Shown piece by piece: positions 1-8,631 of a DNA stretch of 37,779 nucleotides. The DNA is from a virus. Lineage: Duplodnaviria > Caudoviricetes. Numbering within the stretch: the stretch's first letter is position 1; each line of letters begins with the position of its first letter. Location of the stretch: the IMG/VR virus record IMGVR_UViG_3300020428_001595, positions 1-37,779 of that record; one strand, given 5' to 3'. Position numbers and translations under genes: made by a program. The notes beneath the pieces are model-generated. The model saw nothing but the letters and a program-made list of their open reading frames with translations, made no database searches and was not told the origin of the DNA.

Positions 1-219
1 GCAGTTGTGCAAATGAGATCTAATGATGTAGTTTATGGATATAAGAATGATTGGGCATGGCAATCGCATGTTCAATCTAAATTGGTTGAAGACTACAACC
101 GATGTGTGTCAGAGTTTGGTGAGGAAGGATTCTTGACTCCTGGTGATATACATTGGCAAGTACAAAACTTGCATGTATATGAAAGACACTTTGAATTACT
201 GGAGGCATATACATCATGA
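1..219 (+). CDS. gp42: dCMP hydroxymethylase (T4 gp42-like, thymidylate synthase fold), C-terminal part; 5' end lies outside the window
   Basis: MRSNDVVYGYKNDWAWQ and NLHVYERHF match the TS-fold motifs. Asp occupies the position equivalent to E. coli TS Asn177, as in T4 gp42 (dCMP specificity). Confidence 0.85.
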   Translation, partial: AVVQMRSNDVVYGYKNDWAWQSHVQSKLVEDYNRCVSEFGEEGFLTPGDIHWQVQNLHVYERHFELLEAYTS

Positions 220-413
220 TAGTACCAATGCTTTGGACATTATTATTGACAGTGTGTTTTAACTCGCATGATTGTAAATCACAAAATGTTTTAGTTTTTA
301 AAAAAATTGAAAGTTGTTTAGATGCTAAAATAGCACATGAAGAAATGCCATGGGATGGACCGTGGGTATCAGTTACTTATGAATGTAAACCTTATAAAAG
401 CACAGGTGTGTAG
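216..413 (+). CDS. Small hypothetical secreted or membrane protein, Cys-rich
   Basis: ATGA overlap with the upstream gene; hydrophobic N-terminus; 4 Cys. Confidence 0.6.
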   Translation: MIVPMLWTLLLTVCFNSHDCKSQNVLVFKKIESCLDAKIAHEEMPWDGPWVSVTYECKPYKSTGV

Positions 414-853
414 TGAACGAAAAGTGGCATAAACGTTATTTGTATCTCGCTAAGGAAGTAAGTACTTGGAGTAAAGACACCACACAAATTGGTGCTATTG
501 CTATAGGCGATAAAGGACAAGTTCTTGCTCAAGGCTATAATGGATTTCCTCGAGGAATAAAAGACACTGATGCTCGTTATTTTGATAGAGAAAAAAAATA
601 CAAATATGTTGTACACGCAGAACAAAACCTCATATATAATGCTACATACAATGGTGTTTCACTTGATGGATCAAGACTTTATGTTGTAGGTCTTCCTATT
701 TGCAGTGAATGCGCAAAAGCGATAATACAAGTTGGTGTAAAAGAAGTTATTATGCCAACACAAGATGTGCCACCTCATTGGAAAGACTCTTGGGCATTTA
801 CACAAGAACTTTTTAAAGAAGCTGGTATTAAATGGACTATGATAAAGGTGTGA
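413..853 (+). CDS. cd: dCMP deaminase
   Basis: GYNGFPRG, HAEQN and PICSECAKAIIQ zinc-deaminase motifs. Confidence 0.92.
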   Translation: MNEKWHKRYLYLAKEVSTWSKDTTQIGAIAIGDKGQVLAQGYNGFPRGIKDTDARYFDREKKYKYVVHAEQNLIYNATYNGVSLDGSRLYVVGLPICSECAKAIIQVGVKEVIMPTQDVPPHWKDSWAFTQELFKEAGIKWTMIKV

Positions 854-854
854 T

Positions 855-2096
855 ATGAAAATAATAATTTTATTAGGTAGAGGTACTGAAGGATGTGGTG
901 TTACTCAATGTGCTATACAAATGCAAAAAGTAACTGGAGCTACGATCCTTTCTGCTAACGATAAGAAATGGGGAAGAGCTAAAGGACTTGACATTGAACA
1001 GCTCGAAATGTCAATTGGAAAAGAACATGAAGCAATGGCACAACAAATTAATCAATATGATTTGTGTATCGTATATTCAGTTCCTTCAAAAGGACATCCT
1101 GAAAATTGCCAAGAAAACTTTCTTAAACTTTTAGATCTCATAAATATTAGAAAAGCATTTATTAATGTAGATCATAAGGCAGCATCTATAGCACGTAATG
1201 CTAATCTTAAAGAAGTATGCGAAAAAATGGATGTCATTATGACACATTCTATGGAGAATGATTTTTGTAAGTTTATGAGAAAAAATAAAATCCAAACTCC
1301 TCTTACTAAGATGGGTCTTGGTTTTGATTATGATGGGCATAGGGCTAAGTACTGGCGACCTATCGAAGAGCAGCAACACAATATGGTGCGCTGGATCGGT
1401 AGGACAGCAATGTGGAAAGGCCCTGCCCTTATGATTGATTTCCATCAAGATGCTTTGATGAAAGAAGATTTTATCACAGTACTTGAAGGACTTGAAGCTT
1501 CTATTCAATATCCTTTAGTATTATATAGAGACAATAAAGAAGATAATCCCATAGATAGAAGAAAGGTAGAAAATTATTTTAGACCTGAAAAAAAATATGG
1601 TGATGGTAAATTTACACACGATCTATATGGAAAAGAAGATATTCAAAAAGGAGCTTATCTATATCCACAATATATAAATGAAGATTGCATGCGAAGATTA
1701 AGTTTATCAGCATTTGCATCTGATCTTTACTTCTTAAAAGCAGAAGCTTATGGAAATAATATTGAAAATTGTCATGCCGAATGCATTGCATCTGGTTCAA
1801 TTCCACTTTTCCATAAACATTTTTGTGATAATGTTATTCACCCTGTTCAGGGTAAACCAATTAGTCAATGCACAGAAAGCGGCACCCTAGGTGTTGACTA
1901 TAGTAATTTCGAAGAGTGTCGCGAAACAATGGTCAAACTAAAAAATGATCCATCTATGAGAGATGATTGGCGTGAAATGTCTTTTGAATTTTGGAAGCAA
2001 CACTCGGACGCAAAACCGATTATTGAAGATATTATTGATAAAGCCACTAACACGAAATCTAACCAACCACAAGGACTAGAGGAGTTTTTCGGATGA
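855..2096 (+). CDS. a-gt: DNA alpha-glycosyltransferase (T4 alpha-glucosyltransferase homologue, GT-B fold)
   Basis: N-terminus LLGRGTEGCGVT resembles T4 AGT (MARGLEGCGVT). Also WIGRTAMWKG, about 400 aa, and next to the hmC gene. Confidence 0.82.
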   Translation: MKIIILLGRGTEGCGVTQCAIQMQKVTGATILSANDKKWGRAKGLDIEQLEMSIGKEHEAMAQQINQYDLCIVYSVPSKGHPENCQENFLKLLDLINIRKAFINVDHKAASIARNANLKEVCEKMDVIMTHSMENDFCKFMRKNKIQTPLTKMGLGFDYDGHRAKYWRPIEEQQHNMVRWIGRTAMWKGPALMIDFHQDALMKEDFITVLEGLEASIQYPLVLYRDNKEDNPIDRRKVENYFRPEKKYGDGKFTHDLYGKEDIQKGAYLYPQYINEDCMRRLSLSAFASDLYFLKAEAYGNNIENCHAECIASGSIPLFHKHFCDNVIHPVQGKPISQCTESGTLGVDYSNFEECRETMVKLKNDPSMRDDWREMSFEFWKQHSDAKPIIEDIIDKATNTKSNQPQGLEEFFG

Positions 2097-3040
2097 AAGT
2101 CTATTTAACAGGAGCGGCAGGTATGATCGGATTCCATACTGCCAAAAAGCTAATTGAATCCGGCCACGAAGTAATAGGAGTTGATAATTACAATGACTAT
2201 TATGATGTTAATCTTAAAATAGCAAGAAGTGATATTCTTAAACAAGAATATGATATGGAACCCGTTTTAATTAAAGATATTAATGATCTTAATTGGAGAG
2301 CAATTGGTGATGATTGTGATGCGGTTATACATCTTGCTGCTTACGCAAATCCAAGGCATGCTTTAGAAATGCCAGAACCATATATTCACACAAATATTTC
2401 AGGTACTCAAAATATTATTATGGGTCTTGAACAATCAAAAACGCCTGTACTTTACGCATCGAGTTCATGTGTAATGCACGGCCAACCACTTCCATGGAAT
2501 GAACATGATAAAGGCGATTATCAAAATAATCCGTATGGCTGGTCAAAATATGTTAATGAATGCCAATTCCATCATTCCAAATTACCAAAAACCGCAGGGC
2601 TACGTTTTTTTACTGTTTATGGTCCTTATGGTCGACCTGATATGGCGCTTTATGGTTTTACTGATAAGATAGTTGCTGGTGAAGAAATTTTAGCATTTAA
2701 TAATGGTGATATGCAAAGAGACTTTACTTATGTTGAAGATATTGTACAAGGCGTAGAAATTGTTTTTAATAACATGATGGACGGCCAAGAAAAACAACAT
2801 GAAATATTCAATATTGGATATGGTCAAAAAGTTCAGCTAATGGATTTTATTAGTCTTATTGAAAAAAATCTTAATCGTAAAGCCGAAATAAATTATCAAC
2901 CTTTTCACCCAGCTGATACGCCTGTAACTTGGTCAGATACGACCAAGATTAAAAAGCTAGGTTATAATCCAACCACTCCTATTGAAGTGGGTGTAGAAAA
3001 ATTTATAAACTGGTATAAGGGCTATCATAATGTCAATTAA
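2093..3040 (+). CDS. NAD-dependent epimerase, UDP-glucuronate 4-epimerase-like
   Basis: TGAAGMIG Rossmann motif, YGWSK (YxxxK), LRFFTVYGPYGRPDMA and RDFTYVEDIV, characteristic of the UDP-GlcA 4-epimerase subfamily. Confidence 0.88.
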   Translation: MKVYLTGAAGMIGFHTAKKLIESGHEVIGVDNYNDYYDVNLKIARSDILKQEYDMEPVLIKDINDLNWRAIGDDCDAVIHLAAYANPRHALEMPEPYIHTNISGTQNIIMGLEQSKTPVLYASSSCVMHGQPLPWNEHDKGDYQNNPYGWSKYVNECQFHHSKLPKTAGLRFFTVYGPYGRPDMALYGFTDKIVAGEEILAFNNGDMQRDFTYVEDIVQGVEIVFNNMMDGQEKQHEIFNIGYGQKVQLMDFISLIEKNLNRKAEINYQPFHPADTPVTWSDTTKIKKLGYNPTTPIEVGVEKFINWYKGYHNVN

Positions 3041-3857
3041 AACTCAATTAAATTTGGGCATAGTAGGATATGGCTTCGTAGGAGGAGCCGTGTCCTATGG
3101 ATTTGCTGCTCCGGGTGTAAAGCAACATATTGCTGATCCTAAACTAGGAACGACTATTAAAGATCTTCCTGCAAATTTAGATATAGTATTTGTTTGTGTT
3201 CCTACTCCTATGAACGATGACTTTTCAATTGATTCGTCAATAGTAGAAGATGCGGTTAAAGAACTACTAGAAAAAACAGAACACATTCCAATTGTTATTA
3301 AATCGACAGTAACGCCTGATAAACTCGCAAAACTTAGATCATTAAGAATTGTTTATAATCCTGAATTTTTAACTGAAAAAAATGCTAATGAAGATTTCAT
3401 AAATCCTAAAATGCATATTTTTGGTGGTGATTATGGAGTAACTCATTTTGTTGAACAGGTCTATGAGCAACATAGTTTATGTAGGCCATGTCCCATTTAT
3501 CACATGACTCAATCTGAAGCGAGTCTTGTTAAATATGGAATTAATAGTTTCCTTGCAACAAAGGTTCTTTGGTTTAATCAATTCTTTGATGTAGTAGCTG
3601 ATGAAGATGCAAATTACAACAAAATCATCACTGCGATTTCGACAGATCCACGAATCGGAAATTCGCATACATTGGTTCCTGGGTTTGACGGAAAACGTGG
3701 ATTTGGTGGAGCATGTTTTCCTAAAGACACTACGGCCTTTTCTACATACGCTGAACAATTTACTATTCTCAAAAAGGTCATCGAAGAGAATAATAAATAC
3801 AGACGCGGATATGAAAAAGATGAAAGAGAACTGGAGCAAAATGTAAAATATGACTAG
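3030..3857 (+). CDS. ugd: UDP-glucose/GDP-mannose 6-dehydrogenase family protein, short form
   Basis: GYGFVG, VCVPTP, IKSTV, NPEFL and the catalytic-Cys motif GFGGACFPKD. Confidence 0.88.
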   Translation: MSIKTQLNLGIVGYGFVGGAVSYGFAAPGVKQHIADPKLGTTIKDLPANLDIVFVCVPTPMNDDFSIDSSIVEDAVKELLEKTEHIPIVIKSTVTPDKLAKLRSLRIVYNPEFLTEKNANEDFINPKMHIFGGDYGVTHFVEQVYEQHSLCRPCPIYHMTQSEASLVKYGINSFLATKVLWFNQFFDVVADEDANYNKIITAISTDPRIGNSHTLVPGFDGKRGFGGACFPKDTTAFSTYAEQFTILKKVIEENNKYRRGYEKDERELEQNVKYD

Positions 3858-5040
3858 ATATGCAAGTATAGTACCATTGATTGGTGGCGAAACATTCGCA
3901 ATGCAAAATGTATTCGGATCTAAACCCGAGTACATTATGTCTTATAAGGATTTTCAAGCAAATGATAAACAACTTCTTAATTATTATAACAACGATATTG
4001 CTTATCATCTCCTTGATGAAGGTCAGCGGCCTTCTCGCGGGGTTGATGTTGTTAATGCAGTATGCCCCTGTGCCGGACTTTCGTCGTTATCTACTACTTC
4101 AAGTAGCGACAGTAGTGTCAATGATTGGATGGTGCGCTCAGCTGAGTACATATTAGAAGATCTTCGTCCAGATGTATTTTGGGGAGAAAATGCACCACGT
4201 CTTGCAACTAAGATGGGACAACCTATTGTTAATAAAATGCGTACACTTGCAAGAAATAATGGATATACTGTTAGCATCTATAAAACTAGATCTCTTTTAC
4301 ATGGTCTTAGTCAAGTAAGAGAAAGAACTTTTTATTTCTTTTGGAAAGGAAATAAAATACCAGTTTTTGAATATTACAAAAGACCTCATACAAAAATTGA
4401 AGATCAGATTAGATCAAGTGCTACAAATCAACCTGATCCTATGCAAGAAATGCTAGTGAAAGCAGATAAGCCTTCTGACAATCCTTATTATAGATATGTT
4501 CTTGAAGAATTTGAAGGTGGAATAAGCCACGCTGATTTTTTTAAGAAAATTGATATAAGCCAAAATGTTTTACATTACTTTGAAGATAATGGTGGAAAAT
4601 ACACCGACATGTCAAAATGGATGGAAAAGCAAGGATTCAAAAAATTTGCTGAAAAGGCTAGGAGAATGCATTATAAATTAGCCGATGGTGGTAATATTAT
4701 GAGAAGAACAACAATTGTGCCTAAAGATTATATTGGTGCATTTGTTGGGCATATTCCTTATGATCTTACTCATCCAGATGCTGATAGATATCTTACAGTA
4801 AGAGAATGTTTAGACATTATGAAGATGCCTAAAGATTTTCAACTTATGGGTGGAGTAAAAAATCTTAATATGATTTGCCAAAATGTACCAGTGACAACAG
4901 CTACAGACATGGCAGAAAATGTGAAGAACTTTTTAGCCGGAAATTCAGAAACAATAGAAGCTGAATTCATGATTCAAGATAATAAAACAAGAGAAATGCA
5001 TGTAGAAAAAGCACCAAATACGCTTGAAGCATTTTTATAG
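3850..5040 (+). CDS. Divergent DNA cytosine-C5 methyltransferase-fold protein
   Basis: CPCAGLS (motif IV), ENAP (VI), QVRERTF (VIII), LTVRECLDIMKMPKDF (IX), QNVP (X); motif I is altered (VPLIGG). Confidence 0.8.
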   Translation: MTRYASIVPLIGGETFAMQNVFGSKPEYIMSYKDFQANDKQLLNYYNNDIAYHLLDEGQRPSRGVDVVNAVCPCAGLSSLSTTSSSDSSVNDWMVRSAEYILEDLRPDVFWGENAPRLATKMGQPIVNKMRTLARNNGYTVSIYKTRSLLHGLSQVRERTFYFFWKGNKIPVFEYYKRPHTKIEDQIRSSATNQPDPMQEMLVKADKPSDNPYYRYVLEEFEGGISHADFFKKIDISQNVLHYFEDNGGKYTDMSKWMEKQGFKKFAEKARRMHYKLADGGNIMRRTTIVPKDYIGAFVGHIPYDLTHPDADRYLTVRECLDIMKMPKDFQLMGGVKNLNMICQNVPVTTATDMAENVKNFLAGNSETIEAEFMIQDNKTREMHVEKAPNTLEAFL

Positions 5041-5069
5041 TGTACATTTACCACGTTCTGTGGTATAAT
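5041..5069 (+). promoter_or_regulatory. Sigma70-type early promoter upstream of uvsX
   Basis: TGTACA-17 nt-TATAAT with extended TGTGG; one of 8 similar sites. Confidence 0.75.
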
Positions 5070-5095
5070 AAATTAAGTTAATTAGGAGAATATAT

Positions 5096-6082
5096 ATGTC
5101 GATTATGGATAAGCTCAAGAAAAATTCAAAGCTTGGGCATACTGAAATATTATCTGAGTCAAAATTCTTTACAGAAAAAGAAATGACTCCAACAAATGTA
5201 CCAATGATAAACGTAGCATTATCTGGTTCTATGGAAGGCGGACTTGCGCCTGGGCTAACTGTCTTAGCTGGTCCTTCAAAACACTTTAAAACTTCATTTG
5301 CGTTGCTTATGGCTAGTGCTTATTTGAAAAAGCATGATGATGCAGTAATGTTGTTTTATGATTCTGAGTTTGGTTCTCCTGAAAGTTACTTTAAGCAATA
5401 CGAAATTGATACTAGTAGAGTCCTTCATACTCCTATTACAAATGTTGAAGAATTAAAATTTGATCTTGTAGGACAATTAGAAGGATTAGATCGTAATGAT
5501 AAAGTTGTAGTAGTTATTGATTCAATAGGAAATCTTGCATCTAAAAAAGAATTAGAAGATGCATTGTCTGAAAAATCAGTAGCTGATATGTCAAGAGCAA
5601 AAGCATTAAAAGGATTGTTTAGAATGACAACTCCTTATTTGAATATGAAAAATATTCCAATGCTTGCAGTCAATCACACTTATAAAGAGATTGGTTTATT
5701 TCCTAAAGATATTGTTGGCGGTGGAACTGGAATTTATTACAGTGCTGATAATATTTGGATTGTTGGAAGACAACAAGACAAACAAGGAACTGAAATCAAA
5801 GGTTATCATTTTATTATTAACGTAGAAAAATCGCGATATGTTCGTGAAAAATCCAAGATTCCTATTAGTGTTTCTTGGGAGGGAGGAGTTGAAAAATACT
5901 CTGGTCTTTTAGATGTAGCATTACAAGGTGGTTATGTAGAAAAACCTTCTAATGGTTGGTATCAAAGAAAAGGTGAAGAAGCTAAAGTAAGAGAAAAAGA
6001 TACTCTTCTTGAAGATTTCTGGACACCTATATTTAATGATACTAACTTTAAAGAGTATGTTAAAAACAGGTTTGCGATATGA
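5096..6082 (+). CDS. uvsX: UvsX RecA-like recombinase
   Basis: AGPSKHFKT Walker A, FYDSEFG, DSIGNLASKKE, GGGTGIYYSAD. Confidence 0.96.
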   Translation: MSIMDKLKKNSKLGHTEILSESKFFTEKEMTPTNVPMINVALSGSMEGGLAPGLTVLAGPSKHFKTSFALLMASAYLKKHDDAVMLFYDSEFGSPESYFKQYEIDTSRVLHTPITNVEELKFDLVGQLEGLDRNDKVVVVIDSIGNLASKKELEDALSEKSVADMSRAKALKGLFRMTTPYLNMKNIPMLAVNHTYKEIGLFPKDIVGGGTGIYYSADNIWIVGRQQDKQGTEIKGYHFIINVEKSRYVREKSKIPISVSWEGGVEKYSGLLDVALQGGYVEKPSNGWYQRKGEEAKVREKDTLLEDFWTPIFNDTNFKEYVKNRFAI

Positions 6083-6387
6083 CAATCGATATTAATCGAA
6101 AATCTGAAGGTGTTGACTATGACTTAATTCCTGATTATTCAGATGAACAGGCATGGAATATTAGAATTAAGACTGGCGACTTTATTGAAACTGTAATTAA
6201 ATTTGGCAATATATCTGCAGATGGCAAAGAAGGCCAGCTTCATTTTAATTTCACAGTAGTTGAGTCACCAATTGAAAGTCTAACACCAGACGACGTAAAT
6301 CTTCAGAATGAATGCGGATCAATTCTTCATTCAGTCATTGAAGGCGCTATAGCAAAGAAAGAAATCGAACTCACCGAAAGGAAATAA
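6079..6387 (+). CDS. Hypothetical phage protein, at the position of T4 gp40
   Basis: ATGA-coupled to uvsX; no recognised motif. Confidence 0.6.
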   Translation: MTIDINRKSEGVDYDLIPDYSDEQAWNIRIKTGDFIETVIKFGNISADGKEGQLHFNFTVVESPIESLTPDDVNLQNECGSILHSVIEGAIAKKEIELTERK

Positions 6388-6388
6388 A

Positions 6389-6877
6389 ATGGAACCTACT
6401 AAAATTCTTATTATGGGATTGCCGGGATCTGGTAAGACTTGGCTTGCCGAAAGACTCCAAAAAGAACTTGCATCAGCTCGTCTCAATGAAGACGGTTTAG
6501 GTTGTGCTTGGTTTAACGCAGACGCAATGAGAAAAATGGCCGATGATTGGGTGTTTGATCATGATGCTCGTGAAAGGCAATCAGAAAGAATGTATAATGT
6601 AGCTAGCTTTGAAATACAAAAAGGTAGAAATGTTATATGTGACTTTGTATGTCCTACTGAAATGACAAGAGATATCTTTGATGCAGATATTGTTATTTGG
6701 ATGGATACGATACGAGAAGGTAGGTTTGAAGATACAAACAAAATGTTTGAAGAACCTGAAGATGCTAACGTTATTGTAACAAAATTTATAACAGACGACG
6801 ATGTTCGAGAAATGGCAGATTGCATAAAAGAAGATTGTTGGATAGAAGGAGAAGGATTTTATGAGCGAGAACTTTGA
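6389..6877 (+). CDS. P-loop kinase, adenylyl-sulfate kinase-like
   Basis: GLPGSGKT Walker A, FNADAMR, DFVCPT, FEEP. Confidence 0.75.
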   Translation: MEPTKILIMGLPGSGKTWLAERLQKELASARLNEDGLGCAWFNADAMRKMADDWVFDHDARERQSERMYNVASFEIQKGRNVICDFVCPTEMTRDIFDADIVIWMDTIREGRFEDTNKMFEEPEDANVIVTKFITDDDVREMADCIKEDCWIEGEGFYEREL

Positions 6878-7274
6878 TTGGAAAGCACCAACTGTGCAAA
6901 TGTTAGGTAGATGGCAACCATGGCATAAAGGTCATACAGAACTTTTTCTAAGAGCTTATAGCAAGACGGGACAAGTTCTTATTATGTGTCGTGACGTGTT
7001 CAATAGTGATGAAATGCCTGAAGGTCAAGATGATAATCCATTTGGATTTAAAGATGTAAGTGATGGTATTGAAGAAGGATTATCAAAAGAAGGGTTTACA
7101 AAAGGTATAGAATATGATATAATATTAGTACCAAACATTGTAGACATTAGTTATGGTCGAGGTGTTGGATATACTTTCACTGAGCATGATCTTGGAAAAG
7201 ATATTCATAGTATTAGTGCAACTAACATTCGTAATGAAATGAGAAAAGAAGGTAAACTTGCAAACAAATCTTGA
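6861..7274 (+). CDS. HxGH nucleotidyltransferase (cytidylyltransferase/NadM-like)
   Basis: GRWQPWHKGH and ISATNIR motifs. Confidence 0.8.
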   Translation: MSENFDWKAPTVQMLGRWQPWHKGHTELFLRAYSKTGQVLIMCRDVFNSDEMPEGQDDNPFGFKDVSDGIEEGLSKEGFTKGIEYDIILVPNIVDISYGRGVGYTFTEHDLGKDIHSISATNIRNEMRKEGKLANKS

Positions 7275-8631
7275 ACAAGTAGTATTACGTCATATACTCA
7301 CTGATGAGCAGTACATGCGTGCTGTTCTCCCATATATTAAACCTGATTATTTTGAAGGAATATATCGAATCCTTTTTAAAGAAGCAGGAAAATTTGTAGC
7401 AAAGTATAATAAACTTCCTAATGCAGAAGCTTTTAAAATTCAACTTGATGAAACTGAAAGCTTAAGTGAAGAGCAGTATAAACTATCCATTGACATACTT
7501 CCAAATCTTTTTACGAGTGAAGAAGTTAATAAGCAATGGCTAAATGACTCTACTGAAAAGTGGTGTCAAGATCGTGCTCTTCACAATGCTATTATGGAAT
7601 CTATTACTATCATTGAAGGAAAGCATTCTCAGCTTACTAAAAATGCTTTGCCTGATATTTTATCAAAAGCGTTAAGTGTTTCATTTGATAATAATATTGG
7701 TCATGATTATACAGAAAATGCTGAGCAACGTTTTGACTTTTATCATCAAGAAGAAAACAAAATTCCATTTGATCTTGATTATTTTAATAAAATAACAGAC
7801 GGCGGTTTACCTAATAAAACTCTTAATATTTGTCTTGCCGGTACTGGCGTCGGTAAATCTCTTTTTATGTGCCACGTGGCTGCCAGTTGTTTAGTTCAAG
7901 GTAGAAATGTTCTTTATATAACAATGGAAATGGCGGAAGAAAGAATAGCAGAAAGAATTGATGCTAATCTTCTTAATGTCCCTATTGATCAACTTGATAA
8001 GATGTCAAAAGACATGTTTACAACTAAAGTAAACAGTCTTGCAAAAGAAACTGCAGGTAAACTTATCATTAAAGAATATCCTACAGGGTCAGCACATTCA
8101 GGTCATTTCAGAGCACTTCTTAACGAACTTAAATTAAAAAAGAGTTTTATTCCTGAAATCATTTTCATAGATTATTTGAATATATGCTCATCAGCAAGAA
8201 TGAAATCTTTAGGAGGAGCAATCAATTCATACACTTACATTAAAGCAATTGCTGAAGAGTTACGTGGCCTTGCAGTCGAATTCGACGTACCGATCTTTTC
8301 TGCAACGCAAACAAATCGTCAAGGTTATTCTAATTCGGATGTTGGGCTTGAAGATACGTCTGAGTCTTTTGGATTACCCGCTACAGCAGATCTAATGTTT
8401 GCTATCGTTTCTACCGAAGAGCTTGAACAAATGAGTCAGCTTATGGTGAAACAATTAAAGAATAGATATAATGATCCTGTAAGATATAAGAGATTTATGA
8501 TCGGTGTCGATCGTAGTAAAATGCGTCTTTATGATGTTGAAGAATCACAACAAGAGTCGTTAGTAGATGATACCCCAGTACTTGATTCTAAAAAAGGCGT
8601 GCCAGATAAATTTAAGGACTTTAAACTATGA
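7258..8631 (+). CDS. gp41: Replicative DnaB-like helicase gp41
   Basis: AGTGVGKS, TMEMAEERIAERIDAN, IDYLNIC, ATQTNR, SESFGLPATAD, QLKNRY. Confidence 0.96.
   Translation: MQTNLEQVVLRHILTDEQYMRAVLPYIKPDYFEGIYRILFKEAGKFVAKYNKLPNAEAFKIQLDETESLSEEQYKLSIDILPNLFTSEEVNKQWLNDSTEKWCQDRALHNAIMESITIIEGKHSQLTKNALPDILSKALSVSFDNNIGHDYTENAEQRFDFYHQEENKIPFDLDYFNKITDGGLPNKTLNICLAGTGVGKSLFMCHVAASCLVQGRNVLYITMEMAEERIAERIDANLLNVPIDQLDKMSKDMFTTKVNSLAKETAGKLIIKEYPTGSAHSGHFRALLNELKLKKSFIPEIIFIDYLNICSSARMKSLGGAINSYTYIKAIAEELRGLAVEFDVPIFSATQTNRQGYSNSDVGLEDTSESFGLPATADLMFAIVSTEELEQMSQLMVKQLKNRYNDPVRYKRFMIGVDRSKMRLYDVEESQQESLVDDTPVLDSKKGVPDKFKDFKL

Noticed and set aside
2093-3857. Epimerase and dehydrogenase as host LPS-island contamination
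   Set aside because: They are translationally coupled to phage DNA-modification genes on both sides and share the same composition.
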